Under the pieces are notes generated by a model. That model had not been told where the DNA came from. It saw only the letters and a program-made list of their open reading frames with translations, and did no database searches. A stretch of DNA of 63,920 bases, counting the filler, from Lama guanicoe (Eukaryota), in assembly GCA_013239625.1 (NCBI GenBank). It is 80 parts of 79 records of this genome, joined end to end, with 100 filler letters (N's around TTAATTAATTAA, not from the genome) between each part and the next. Parts side by side here need not be neighbours in the genome. Positions count along the whole stretch, not along the records: positions 51,241 to 52,008 come from PNXV01011595.1; positions 52,109 to 52,963 come from MU055049.1; positions 53,064 to 54,220 come from MU055051.1; positions 54,321 to 55,066 come from PNXV01011604.1; positions 55,167 to 55,904 come from PNXV01011607.1; positions 56,005 to 56,462 come from PNXV01011609.1; positions 56,563 to 57,162 come from MU055053.1; positions 57,263 to 57,805 come from PNXV01011613.1; 72 more parts are not named here. The stretch is one strand, 5' to 3'. A program made the position numbers and the translations under genes. Shown here piece after piece: positions 51,241 through 63,457 of the stretch; position 1 is the first letter of the stretch; every line of letters begins with the position of its first letter.

Positions 51241-52008
51241 CTCTTGTAGCGAAATCTACCCTAGAGATATGTAATTTGAATAGATTCCATCTAAATAATA
51301 TTCAGTGTTCCGTTCTTGCTACATGCATGACGGATTCGACAAACATGCATTCCTGAGTTGAGAGCATGTGGATTACTGATCTTTCATCCTCTATGAAAAC
51401 AGTATTTTCATCTAGACACGTGTACCCATTTTCACAATCTTTCCCTAACACGAGTTTCGGACTCGTGCATTTTTCTCAGAAAAATACTTCTGGAGCAATT
51501 TCCACCAAACAGATATGTAATTTACATGAATTCCATCAACATGGCATTCCGGGTTCCGTACATGATACATGCATGACAGATTCGAGAAACATGAGTTTCT
51601 GAGTTGTGAGCATGTGGATTAGTGAACTTTCATCCACCAAAAAAGGCATATATACACTATGAAATATTTACTCTGACTTCAAAAATTTTTTGTATCACCA
51701 AGTTCTAAAATCGGCATTTGGCAGTAGAAAACCCTCTTTCATCGAATTCTCAACAATACACATATAATTTACATTGTTTACATAACCATGGCATTCCGTA
51801 TTCCGAACATGATTCATGCATCACGGATTCCTCAAACATGCATTTCTGAGCTGTGAACATGCGCATGACAGATGTTTCAACCACCAAAATATTACCTATG
51901 CACTTTGAAATATGTACTTAGACTTCGTAACTTAGACTTCGTTGGTTCTTCCTTTCTTCAGTTTCAAGAATTACACTCTGATCCCAGAAAAACCCTCTTG
52001 AAGCGAAT
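51241..52008 (-). repeat. ~247-bp AT-rich diverged satellite
   Basis: catgcat(g/c)ac(g/a)gattc...aaacatg at 51322, 51568 and 51815. Confidence 0.88.
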
Positions 52009-52353
52009 NNNNNNNNNNNNNNNNNNNNNNNNNNNNNNNNNNNNNNNNNNNNTTAATTAATTAANNNNNNNNNNNNNNNNNNNNNNNNNNNNNNNNNNNN
52101 NNNNNNNNGAAGTGCCCTGTTTCCGGAGGTGCCGTTCCCGAGGAAGCCTGAGTCAGCAGTCGTCGCCTGGAGCTGGCCTTTCCGGACGGACGAGGGGACA
52201 GAGCACCGTGAGAACCAGGGCCCGGTAAGGTTCCGTCCCCAGGGGGCTCAGAGCCGGGAGAGCGGGGCGGAGGGGGCTGAGGAGCAGGCGGGGCAGGATC
52301 ATGAAAGATCTGCTGTATATATACTTGGCTGCTTTGCTCTTTGCCAAAGTTAT

Positions 52354-52963
52354 GAGGGGTGACAGACTTTCTGAAAAGGGCCAGATAGTAAATATTTCAG
52401 ACCTGTTAGGGAACATACATCTCTGTCAAATATTCCTTTTTTATTTTTATTTTTTTACGGTTCTTTCTTTAATTNNNNNNNNNNNNNNNNNNNNNNNNNN
52501 NNNNNNNNNNNNNNNNNNNNNNNNNNNNNNNNNNNNNNNNNNNNNNNNNNNNNNNNNNNNNNNNNNNNNNNNNNNNNNNNNNNNNNNNNNNNNNNNNNNN
52601 NNNNNNNNNNNNNNNNNNNNNNNNNNNNNNNNNNNNNNNNNNNNNNNNNNNNNNNNNNNNNNNNNNNNNNNNNNNNNNNNNNNNNNNNNNNNNNNNNNNN
52701 NNNNNNNNNNNNNNNNNNNNNNNNNNNNNNNNNNNNNNNNNNNNNNNNNNNNNNNNNNNNNNNNNNNNNNNNNNNNNNNNNNNNNNNNNNNNNNNNNNNN
52801 NNNNNNNNNNNNNNNNNNNNNNNNNNNNNNNNNNNNNNNNNNNNNNNNNNNNNNNNNNNNNNNNNNNNNNNNNNNNTATTAATTTTTACAGATCTTTAAA
52901 CACATTAAACCCACTTGTCACTTGCAGGCTGGATTTGGTCCACAGGTCAGCTTGCTGACCGCT
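52354..52963 (+). mobile_element. MER58B-like hAT-Charlie element (gapped)
   Basis: aaagggccagatagtaaatattt at the start; caggctggatttggtccacagg...ttgctgacc at the end. Confidence 0.75.
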
Positions 52964-53063
52964 NNNNNNNNNNNNNNNNNNNNNNNNNNNNNNNNNNNNN
53001 NNNNNNNTTAATTAATTAANNNNNNNNNNNNNNNNNNNNNNNNNNNNNNNNNNNNNNNNNNNN

Positions 53064-54220
53064 AGTCACAGGTGTTCTCTATTAGGGGGAATTCTGAGAA
53101 ATACCTTCCCGGGCCATGGGGATGCAGCCTCTGTCACTGGGATTGCCTGTAAACACCCCTAGCATTCCTTTGCATAGAGACGTTGGAAAAAAACCCAGGG
53201 GAGTCGAGCTTAGGCATTCCGTTAGAACCCACGCGCTGCCGACCGTTGGTGGAACCTCCCCAAGCTCATGATTCCGGAACCATTGTCTGTGCGTGAGGAG
53301 CTCGAGAGACAACTCGACGCAGCTCTCTTCAGTCACAGGTGTTCCCTGTTATGGGGAATGCTGTGAAATACCTTCCCTGAACTTGGGGAAGCAGCCTCTG
53401 TCAGTGGGATTTCCTGCAAAACCCCCTAGCATTCCCTGGCACATAGAAATTAGGAAAAAACCCAGGGGAGTCGAGCTTAGGCATTCCGTTAAAACCCACA
53501 CGCTGCCGACAGTTGGTGGAACCTCCCCACGCTCAGGATTCCGGAACCATTGTCAGTGCGTGGGGAGCTCGAGAGACAATTCCACGCAGCTCCCTTCAGT
53601 CACAGGTGTTCCCTGTTAGGGGGAATTCTGAGTAATAGCTTCCCTGAATTTCGGGAGTCAGCCTCTGTCAATGGGATTGCCTGCAAACCCAACTAGCATT
53701 CCGTGGCACAGAGACATTAGGAAAAAAACCAGGTGAGTCGAGGTTAGGCATTCCGTTAGAACCCACGCCCTGCCGACCTATGGTGGAACCTCCCCACGCT
53801 CAGGATTCCGGAACCATTGTCAGTGCGTGGGGAGCTCGAGAGACAACTCCACGCAGCTCTCTTCAGTCAACGGGTGTCTCCTGTTGGGGGAAGTCTGAGA
53901 NNNNNNNNNNNNNNNNNNNNNNNNNNNNNNNNNNNNNNNNNNNNNNNNNNNNNNNNNNNNNNNNNNNNNNNNNNNNNNNNNNNNNNNNNNNNNNNNNNNN
54001 NNNNNNNNNNNNNNNNNNNNNNNNNNNNNNNNNNNNNNNNNNNNNNNNNNNNNNNNNNNNNNNNNNNNNNNNNNNNNNNNNNNNNNNNNNNNNNNNNNNN
54101 NNNNNNNNNNNNNNNNNNNNNNNNNNNNNNNNNNNNNNNNNNNNNNNNNNNNNNAAATTCCGAAAAATACTTTCCCTGACCTTGGGGAGGCAGCCACTGT
54201 CACTGGGATTGCCTGCAAAC
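53064..54220 (+). repeat. 267-bp satellite, more than 3 tandem monomers
   Basis: agtca anchor at 53064, 53331, 53598 and 53865 (period exactly 267); MspI CCGG, SacI and XhoI sites per monomer. Confidence 0.97.
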
Positions 54221-54320
54221 NNNNNNNNNNNNNNNNNNNNNNNNNNNNNNNNNNNNNNNNNNNNTTAATTAATTAANNNNNNNNNNNNNNNNNNNNNNNN
54301 NNNNNNNNNNNNNNNNNNNN

Positions 54321-54630
54321 CTCCTTTGTCGAAGATTAGTTGCCCAAAACTTTGTGGGATCATTTCTGAGCTCTTTATAATTCTCCATTGGTCCATATGT
54401 GTGATTTTGTACCAATACCATTCTGTTTTGATGCCTGTAACTCTATAGGATTGTCTGAAGTCTGGGAGGGTTATTCCTCCAACCTCTTACTTTTTCTTAA
54501 GTAATGCTTTGGAAATTCTAGGTCTTCTATGTTTTCACATAAATTTGATTATGATTTGTTCTACTTCTATGAACTATGTCCTAGGTAATTTGATAGGGAT
54601 TGCATTAAATCTGTAGATTGCACTCTATAG
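54321..54630 (-). mobile_element. LINE-1 ORF2 fragment
   Basis: gtaatttgatagggattgcattaaatctgtagattgc, antisense L1. Confidence 0.9.
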
Positions 54631-55466
54631 TAATTGCACTCTATAGGTCTGGGAGTGGTGCTCAGCACCCCATGGCAAGGGCATGGAGCAGGGGCCAGCC
54701 AGCTTCCACAGTGTTACAAGGCTGTCAGGGTCTGAGGGCCACAGGAGGATGGGGAGGGAGTCCGGGCACTGCACAAGCGGGAGGCCTCCAAAAGTGCAGG
54801 CTGTGCTGGGGCTCTGGTTTCTGGGAAGGGGTGGGGTTGAGGGCGTGGTGGTGGGTGGCACTGCAGAAAGATGATTGCCAGCTGAGGCTCCTGGGTGGCT
54901 TGTGCACAGCGTTCTGGGCCTGTGCCTTGGACAGGCACCACAGGCTAGTCTCATGAAGCCTATACTGCCTCCCTCTGGCCCATGCCAGTTACTGCAGGAA
55001 TACTCTTCCTCCCTCCATGTTCCCCCAGGACTTTCTCAGCTTAACATGGTACTCACTTTAGAAGAGNNNNNNNNNNNNNNNNNNNNNNNNNNNNNNNNNN
55101 NNNNNNNNNNTTAATTAATTAANNNNNNNNNNNNNNNNNNNNNNNNNNNNNNNNNNNNNNNNNNNNCTCAAGATTCTTTCTAATTTCCAAAATAATATTT
55201 AATTAAAGCTACTTCGTACGCAAATATTAACAAAGAAAGTAATTCCTGCCAGTCTTCCAGATAGCCTGCAAGGAGTTCAAGAATTGAATTATGGAGAATT
55301 GACTGGAAAAATCAAGCTGGAAGTGGATTTACCACTGGTGCAGCATTTAGCCTCTAATGAAAGGGCCAGAAGCAGTCTTTCGATGGAATCTCAAAGTTCG
55401 CTCAGTTCTTTCCTGATTTCTAGGATCAGGAAGAGCAGTACTACCTTTCTCTACCTAAAAGGAATA

Positions 55467-55896
55467 TGGAGGAGTAGGAGGAGGTGGAGGAGGAGGTGGA
55501 GGAGGAGGAGGTGGAAGAGGAAGAGGAGGTGGAGGAGGAAGAGGAGGTGGAGGAGGAGGAGGTGGGGGAGGAGGAAGAGGTGGAGGAGGAGGAGGAGGAG
55601 TTGGTGGTTTAGGAGGAGGTGGTGGAGGATGAGGTGGAGGAGGAGGTGGTGGAGTAGGAAGTGGTGGAGGACGCGGTGGAGTTGGAGGATGTGGAGGAGG
55701 AGGAAGAGGAGGATGTGGAGGAGGAGGAGGATGTGGAGTAGGAGGATGAGGAGGTTTAGGAGGAGGTGGAGGTAGAGGAGCAGGTGGTGGATGAGGAGGA
55801 GGTGGCGGAGGAGTAGGAGGATGTGGAGGAGGTGGAGGAGATGGAGGTGGAGGACGAGGAGGAGGAGGTGGAGGAGGAGGAGGAGGTGGAGGAGGA
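55467..55896 (+). repeat. Degenerate (GGA/GGT)n trinucleotide repeat
   Basis: About 430 bp of AGG/TGG triplets in unbroken phase. Confidence 0.93.
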
Positions 55897-56089
55897 TTAT
55901 TACANNNNNNNNNNNNNNNNNNNNNNNNNNNNNNNNNNNNNNNNNNNNTTAATTAATTAANNNNNNNNNNNNNNNNNNNNNNNNNNNNNNNNNNNNNNNN
56001 NNNNTTATCAGATGCATGATTCACAAATAACTTTTGTAATAGAGAAAAGCAGATCTGACTATGTTGGATTAGTTCCTTTAGTTTTAACC

Positions 56090-56462
56090 ACTGTGCCCTG
56101 CTTTCTAGGCTTAGTCTTGCTGGCTCTGCACCTTTTGTGAAACTATTCTCAGGATGAGAATAGGCTCTCCTGTATATTTCAGGCTAAAGGCAACATAGTT
56201 TCACAATCTGACCTTTAAGGAAGTTAGCACTTCTACACTTATGTAGAGTTGGCAAGTTGCAAAATGGAGAATAACCTTTGTTTTGTTGGAGGTTTACAGG
56301 GACACCATGGCCTGACCCACAGGAACAGCTGCAAGAACAAAGAATTCTTGCAGGAAGAAAGCTTGCAACAACCAACCACACCCCCTCCCCCATTTTTTGT
56401 GTGTGTGTGTGTAAAAGGAGCCTGTGTTCTGACTAGGGGAGGGTGATTCTCCAAGACACTAG
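56090..56462 (+). mobile_element. ERV1 LTR fragment, MER41-like
   Basis: tttgttttgttggaggtttacagggaca...acagctgcaagaacaaag...taaaaggagcctg resembles artiodactyl MER41-type LTRs as recalled. Confidence 0.55.
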
Positions 56463-56562
56463 NNNNNNNNNNNNNNNNNNNNNNNNNNNNNNNNNNNNNN
56501 NNNNNNTTAATTAATTAANNNNNNNNNNNNNNNNNNNNNNNNNNNNNNNNNNNNNNNNNNNN

Positions 56563-57162
56563 CGAGAAATACCTTCCCTGATCTTGGGGAGGCAGCCTCA
56601 GTCACTGGGATATCCTGCGAAAACCCCTAGCATACCCTGGCACAGAGACATTAGGAAAACACTCAGGGGAGGCGAGCTTAGGCTTTCCGTTAGAACCCAC
56701 GCGCTGCCGACCGTTGGTGGAACCTCCCCACGCTCAGGATTCCGGAACCATTGTCAGTGNNNNNNNNNNNNNNNNNNNNNNNNNNNNNNNNNNNNNNNNN
56801 NNNNNNNNNNNNNNNNNNNNNNNNNNNNNTGTTCGGGAAAGAAATATCTTCCCTGACATTGGGGAGGCAGCCTTTGTCACTGGGATATCCTGAAACACCC
56901 CTAGCATTCCCTGGCTCAGAGACATTAGGAAAAACTTCAGAGGAGACGAGCTTAGGCTTTAGGTTAGAACCCACGCTCTGCCGACCGTTGGTGGAACCTC
57001 CCCACGCTCAGGATTCCGGAACCATTGTCAGTGCGTGGGGGAGCTCGAGAGACAACTCCAAGCAGCTCTCTTCAGTCACAGGTGTTCCCTGTTCCGCTAA
57101 GTCCGAGAAATACCTTCCCTGACCTTGGGATGTCATCCTCTGTCACTGGGATATCCTGCAAA
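56563..57162 (+). repeat. 267-bp satellite
   Basis: Matches the 53064-54220 monomer. Confidence 0.95.
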
Positions 57163-57262
57163 NNNNNNNNNNNNNNNNNNNNNNNNNNNNNNNNNNNNNN
57201 NNNNNNTTAATTAATTAANNNNNNNNNNNNNNNNNNNNNNNNNNNNNNNNNNNNNNNNNNNN

Positions 57263-57513
57263 GTCTGCACGTCTGTTTCTGTTTTGTAAACACGTTCATT
57301 TATGTCTTTTTTTTAGATTTCACATATAGGTGACATCATATGGCATTTTTCCTTCTCTTTCTGGCTTACTATATTCAGTATTTTGTAGTAACCCACAATG
57401 AAGAAGAGTATGAGAAGTGTGTGTGTATGTGTAAGACTGTACGCTATGAAACTGTACGCTGTACACCAGAAACTGACACGTAATAAACTGACTATACTTC
57501 AATTAAAAAAAGA
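57263..57513 (+). mobile_element. LINE-1 3' end with 5' inversion
   Basis: Antisense 3'UTR piece 57263-57370 joined to a sense terminal piece ending actatacttcaattaaaaaaag. Confidence 0.75.
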
Positions 57514-59394
57514 ATTTGAAAAAACTCAATCTAAATCTGTTACTAGAGGGAGGAAACAGCACAAACAACACTCAATACTTGAACTGGGAATAAACCATTT
57601 ACCATCTTCCTCTCTGACTCCAGAGGGCCCTGAACAGACTGCAGATGGCCGGGGTGTCAGCGTCAGACAAGGGCCACTTCTCCAAGGATCGCACCGCCCA
57701 AACCGAGTAACCTCAGAGCACCACCTTGTGCTGCCTTTTGCTGAAGCATGTGTCCAGGAAGGGAGACAGATGTGCTGCCTCTGGGCTGTCACACACAGGA
57801 CGAGCNNNNNNNNNNNNNNNNNNNNNNNNNNNNNNNNNNNNNNNNNNNNTTAATTAATTAANNNNNNNNNNNNNNNNNNNNNNNNNNNNNNNNNNNNNNN
57901 NNNNNATATTGTGTCCTCATGGATCAAACAAGTCAATCAGTCCTAATGATTCTTAAATGCACAAACTGTGGCCACATTTTGTGCATTTAAGATTGAATTA
58001 TTGAATTTCTCCATGGATTTATCTTTATACTCTAGAAGAGGTTCTTGCATAAGGACGTTAAGTCAGAAAGGGATATTTAGCGTAATCATCTTCTCCATCA
58101 TTTTTTCCTAGCTTCTGCAGAGTATTTTATGCTGTGAGATTTTGACTTCATGACAAAAATATTTCTTTGAGCAGCATGAAGACATCATATAACTCATGTA
58201 TTTGGAGTCCATTTTTAATAAGCATACATGAGATACACTGGAAGGCTACGAAAATGTTAAGACGGTTAAAAAACTTCATCGTCTCCATGGAATTTAGAAC
58301 TGTGGATTGTGCTAAAAACCTATAACTACCTCCGTTGTTTATTTTTTGTACTTTAATGTGCCCAAGAGAGATCCACAAGGTCAGCTACTTGAGTTCATTT
58401 NNNNNNNNNNNNNNNNNNNNNNNNNNNNNNNNNNNNNNNNNNNNTTAATTAATTAANNNNNNNNNNNNNNNNNNNNNNNNNNNNNNNNNNNNNNNNNNNN
58501 GATTGTCATTCTCACAGATATCTGGCAAAGACACTCCGAAGAGCTGTCCTGGCTTTGGAGATGTTGGTAACACGGGCTGGTTGTCCAGGTGGGTGCTCGA
58601 GCCCCGCCAGAAGGCCCAGTTAATGACAGATCTTCTTTTAAATGTCTTCTGACCTGAATCTAAGGAAGAAGTGAGATTATTAGTAAACCTAATTTAATTC
58701 ATGTAATCTTATTTCTATAGTTCCTATTTTATAGTATGCTCAGCANNNNNNNNNNNNNNNNNNNNNNNNNNNNNNNNNNNNNNNNNNNNNNNNTCCCCCC
58801 CCCCATTTTGGGGACGTCACTGATCTATGTGCTTGAATTCTGGTACCAAATTTTCAAAGGTGAAAGGGCTCCCCGTTTACTGAACTTACAGCACAAAGCA
58901 TTTCATACCAACACACAGGCCATTTTAAAGAGGGGACTAAGTGAACAAAAAAGCTGAAGATCAAATTAGACCACAACTCAATANNNNNNNNNNNNNNNNN
59001 NNNNNNNNNNNNNNNNNNNNNNNNNNNTTAATTAATTAANNNNNNNNNNNNNNNNNNNNNNNNNNNNNNNNNNNNNNNNNNNNCCTGTGTTACTCAGGAG
59101 CTTTCAATGGGAAGACATAGGGTGCTAGAGAACGAAATCTTCAGGTACTCCAGAGGCACTGAACGAATATGCAAAAGTGGCAGAGGTAAGAGTACAGGAA
59201 CATTTTTAAGACAAGTCTATTTCTTAACACCAAAATTATAAGACAGTCTTGGCAGCTGGAAATATAGGCAGCTCTAGCAGATTAAAAGAAAAATCTCCAT
59301 TATTTTTGTGCTTTTTGTGGGCAACTAGAAAAAATACATATATTCGAATCTATCTACAAGTTTTACTGAAGAAGATGAAATATCACACTAAAGA

Positions 59395-59409
59395 ACAGCA
59401 GATGGCGCC
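59395..59409 (+). promoter_or_regulatory. CTCF-like motif
   Basis: ACAGCAGATGGCGCC fits the core CCASYAGRKGGCRS except at the first base; motif match only. Confidence 0.3.
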
Positions 59410-62047
59410 AAAATATTATTTTTTTCCACAACTGCCTTCCTTGGGGCCTTCCTTTAATCACATAAATGATTAAAAACTCTTCATTTAGAACTGAAGAGTT
59501 AAAAAAAANNNNNNNNNNNNNNNNNNNNNNNNNNNNNNNNNNNNNNNNNNNNTTAATTAATTAANNNNNNNNNNNNNNNNNNNNNNNNNNNNNNNNNNNN
59601 NNNNNNNNATAAAGTCCCCTTGTGTCCGTCCATATGCAGTTTGCCATCCCCTCAGTGACACCCTGATTTTATTTCTTTTTTTTTTTTTTGGCAATCATAT
59701 CTCAAAAGGATAATTTACACAGCAGTACTAATATAGCTTTGCACTTTTNNNNNNNNNNNNNNNNNNNNNNNNNNNNNNNNNNNNNNNNNNNNNNNNNNNN
59801 NNNNNNNNNNNNNNNNNNNNNNNNNNNNNNNNNNNNNNNNNNNNNNNNNNNNNNNNNNNNNNNNNNNNNNNNNNNNNNNNNNNNNNNNCCTCAAGCTCCT
59901 GTTATATGGGGGTAATAATAGCATCTTACAGAGTTGTTGTGAGGATTAAGCAAACAGGGAAACAAAATTTATTATAGTGGCCTGCTTATGTTATTACCTA
60001 AGAAATAGCCTTGCAGGTAGAGAGCAAAATTCCAATCAGTTTCTAAAGTACAAGTAAAATATAATCCAGTTCCTGCCTGGTTTGTAAACACTAATGCCTA
60101 CTGAAGAATGTAAAAGCAGGCTAATTTCCAACAGAAAAGATCATTTCTCAGCATTTCTTTCAAAGATAGCTGCAAAATCACTTTTACTAAATGTTCCATG
60201 CCCAACTCTGACAGAAATTTAACACCAGGGACGTAATTATCTACATTTTTGTTACAATGATGCTGACCATCAGGAAGTGTTCTCAATTATATTTTAGCCT
60301 TTATGTTGAGAAATACTGTGAGACTTCTTCTAAATAAATGAGTGGGGGCATTCATTGTAGCTCTTGTAACCAGATAAGCCAGCACTAAATTATCTTTTTT
60401 TAACTTTTAATTAAAGTAATANNNNNNNNNNNNNNNNNNNNNNNNNNNNNNNNNNNNNNNNNNNNTTAATTAATTAANNNNNNNNNNNNNNNNNNNNNNN
60501 NNNNNNNNNNNNNNNNNNNNNGGAACAGAACTGTCTTAAAATTAATATTCCTATTTGGGAAGTCCTGCCCCAGGAACGTAAACTCACTGATTTAACAATA
60601 TAAAGACAAAACAAGAATTGACTGAATGTCCTTTTCAAGGCACCCTTTCATCATCAGGTAAACCAGACTAAAATCCATTAATTGTATGTACATAAAGCTA
60701 TGTATTTCAAAATTTGTAGATTTCTGTCTTCCATCATATGGCATCACAATATGGAAGTATATTTATAGCTCTGAAATTGATTAAAGGCGGACAAAAGTGT
60801 GCAGTCATCAGCACTAAAACAGGAGGAGCTGAGGTAACTGAAAAGCTTATTAACAGCAACAACAAAAAGTAGGCAGCAGCACCATCTAATAATGCAAATA
60901 TTTTTCTCTATTTACACATGGTTCCTTTCTTCTGTCTGCCAGTTCTGTGCCCTTCACTTTTTCCCCTTTCCTCTCAGAAGTAAATACATATGTTTCTCAG
61001 GAACAACAGAGTTCACCTTTTCTCACAAAGACAATTTGGGGAACGAGGACAAGTTTTAATTCCTAGCTTCAGCATCTCGTCTGTGACCTCAAAGTGTTTA
61101 TTTAAACATTTTTCCAAACAAAGGCATTTTTTTTCTCCTTAAGAGAATTTCTGGTTCCCTACATTGTTATGGACTTTTTTCTACAAACTTGGAGAGTCAA
61201 TTTTATATTATCATGCTTTAGAAGAGGAAACAAAATAGTGTTAACTTTCCAAGGTTTCACAGCTGACTGAAACATAAAAATGAAACTATATAAGTATTTC
61301 TAGCACTTCATATTATCCTGAAATTTCCTTCTCTTCATTTATTATTCTTCATTTCATAAGAGTGCTCCTTTTTATAAAGAAGAACAAACCATTAAATATG
61401 TGTTTGNNNNNNNNNNNNNNNNNNNNNNNNNNNNNNNNNNNNNNNNNNNNTTAATTAATTAANNNNNNNNNNNNNNNNNNNNNNNNNNNNNNNNNNNNNN
61501 NNNNNNGCTTTTAAGTTTGTCAGCTGAACTCAGATGGTGGCTATCTTCTTACTTATATTAGCAGTCTGGGGTTGACATACACTGCTTCAGCAGCTAGTTT
61601 CCGTCTCTCTTATCAGACAGTGGGTCTTACCGTGATCATCTTAACAAGGTTCTATAGTGATAAGTCAGAAGCTACACTTTATTTTCAAAATTAGAAATTC
61701 TAAGGAAGAATATTATTGTCCATCTGTAGTTTTCTACCTGGGAAAAGCTAGACTACTGGCAAAAGTACAAAAGTTGGCTGGTGAATTGAAAACTGCTCTC
61801 TGAGCTCTGCCCACTGAATTCTTCCCACTAAATAATACAAATCTATCTACCACTCTGTGTGTGTGTGAAAATGGATTGTTAAGCAATATCAAAGTTTTTC
61901 TTAGTTGAGTCATCAGTGAATTATTCCTCTGCAACTTTCAGAATCTCNNNNNNNNNNNNNNNNNNNNNNNNNNNNNNNNNNNNNNNNNNNNTTAATTAAT
62001 TAANNNNNNNNNNNNNNNNNNNNNNNNNNNNNNNNNNNNNNNNNNNN

Positions 62048-62650
62048 ATGATTCCATGTATATGAGGTGCCTAAAACAGTCAAATCATACAGACAGGAAG
62101 TAGAATGGTAGTTTCCAGGACTAAGCAAGGGAATGGAGAGCTATTATTTAATGGATACAGAGTTTCAGTGTAGGATGATAAAAAAGTTCTGGAGCTGGAG
62201 AGCAGTGATGGTTGTACAACAACATGGATGTACTTAATGCCACTGAACTATATGTTCAAAAATGGTTAAAATGGTATATTTTATATTATATATAGTATCA
62301 CAATAAAAATATCATTTATAAAATCATCAAATGCCTAGGAATAAAATTAATAAAAGATGTGCAAATCCTCCACCCTAAAAACTACAAACATGGCTGAGAG
62401 AATTTTCCAAAGACATGCATAAATGGAGAGAATTACTACATTTATGATTAGAAGGACTCTATTAATTATTAAGATGGCAAGTCTGCCCAAGTTAATCTAT
62501 AGATTCAACACCATCTCCATCAAAAACCCCTTGATTTTTGCCTTTGAGTTTGCATTTTCCATGGAGCTGCTTTTTCAATAAACAGGCTTATTATAAAATT
62601 TACACAAAAAGCAAAAAATCTAAAAAGCCAAAACAATGTTGAAGAAGGAG
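62048..62650 (+). mobile_element. L1MB-type 3' end followed by an L1 ORF2 fragment
   Basis: tttaatggatacagagtttcagt...gtacttaatgccactgaacta; then ctgcccaagttaatctatagattcaac. Confidence 0.85.
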
Positions 62651-62945
62651 GAAGAGAAGGAGGAGGATGAAAAGGAGTAAGAAGATGAAAAAGAGAAGAA
62701 TTTACANNNNNNNNNNNNNNNNNNNNNNNNNNNNNNNNNNNNNNNNNNNNTTAATTAATTAANNNNNNNNNNNNNNNNNNNNNNNNNNNNNNNNNNNNNN
62801 NNNNNNAGAAAGCTCTCAACAAAAAGAAAATATATATATGTTGGTGAGATTGTGGTGAAAAAGGAACACCGTGCACACTTTTGATAGGAATGCAAAATAT
62901 TGATTCCATTGCATATATACATCAAATTTTCATCATCCATTTTTC

Positions 62946-63357
62946 TGTCAAGGGATGTCGAGTTTGTAGGCCCCTGTCTGAAGGCTCTAGGGAATAAGCC
63001 CATGGGCTGAACTGATAAACAAGCTGTGAGGAATGTCACATATCCAGGCTGGGTATTATATGGCCTACTCTATGTATCAAGTATGGATGGCTGGATAGCC
63101 AATGCTGGGTAAGATCCTCAGAGGAGGACAACCTAAGTCAGGCAAAGCCGGCTGAAGGTGGCCTACTTAATGAAGTTCCATGATGAACTTTAAAACAATC
63201 CTTGATCATTTACCATCCTGCGCTTACTGCAGGAGCATGGGGACATAAATAGCTGAAGATTATTATCATTGTTATAAATTAGATGATATGTGAGTCATTG
63301 TGCAAGTTCTATATAAACCCTTCTTCTAAGAATCAATAAACAGAGAACTGCTTCGCT
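62946..63357 (+). mobile_element. Probable LTR (U3-R part)
   Basis: TATATAAA at 63310-63317 followed by AATAAA at 63335-63340; TG start. Confidence 0.5.
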
Positions 63358-63457
63358 NNNNNNNNNNNNNNNNNNNNNNNNNNNNNNNNNNNNNNNNNNN
63401 NTTAATTAATTAANNNNNNNNNNNNNNNNNNNNNNNNNNNNNNNNNNNNNNNNNNNN

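Noticed and set aside
53217..53233. CENP-B box-like TTCCGTTAGAACCCACG in the 267-bp satellite
   Set aside because: Lacks the essential TTCG and CGGG of NTTCGNNNNANNCGGGN
55284..55775. Arg/Trp-rich 163-aa ORF resembling a protamine or antimicrobial peptide
   Set aside because: Direct translation of the AGG/TGG triplet repeat with a non-ATG start
1099..63413. Regularly recurring TTAATTAATTAA resembling a CRISPR-like repeat/spacer array
   Set aside because: Always embedded in N44 flanks; a synthetic six-frame stop linker. The 'spacers' are 0.4-1.3 kb mammalian contigs and there are no cas genes.
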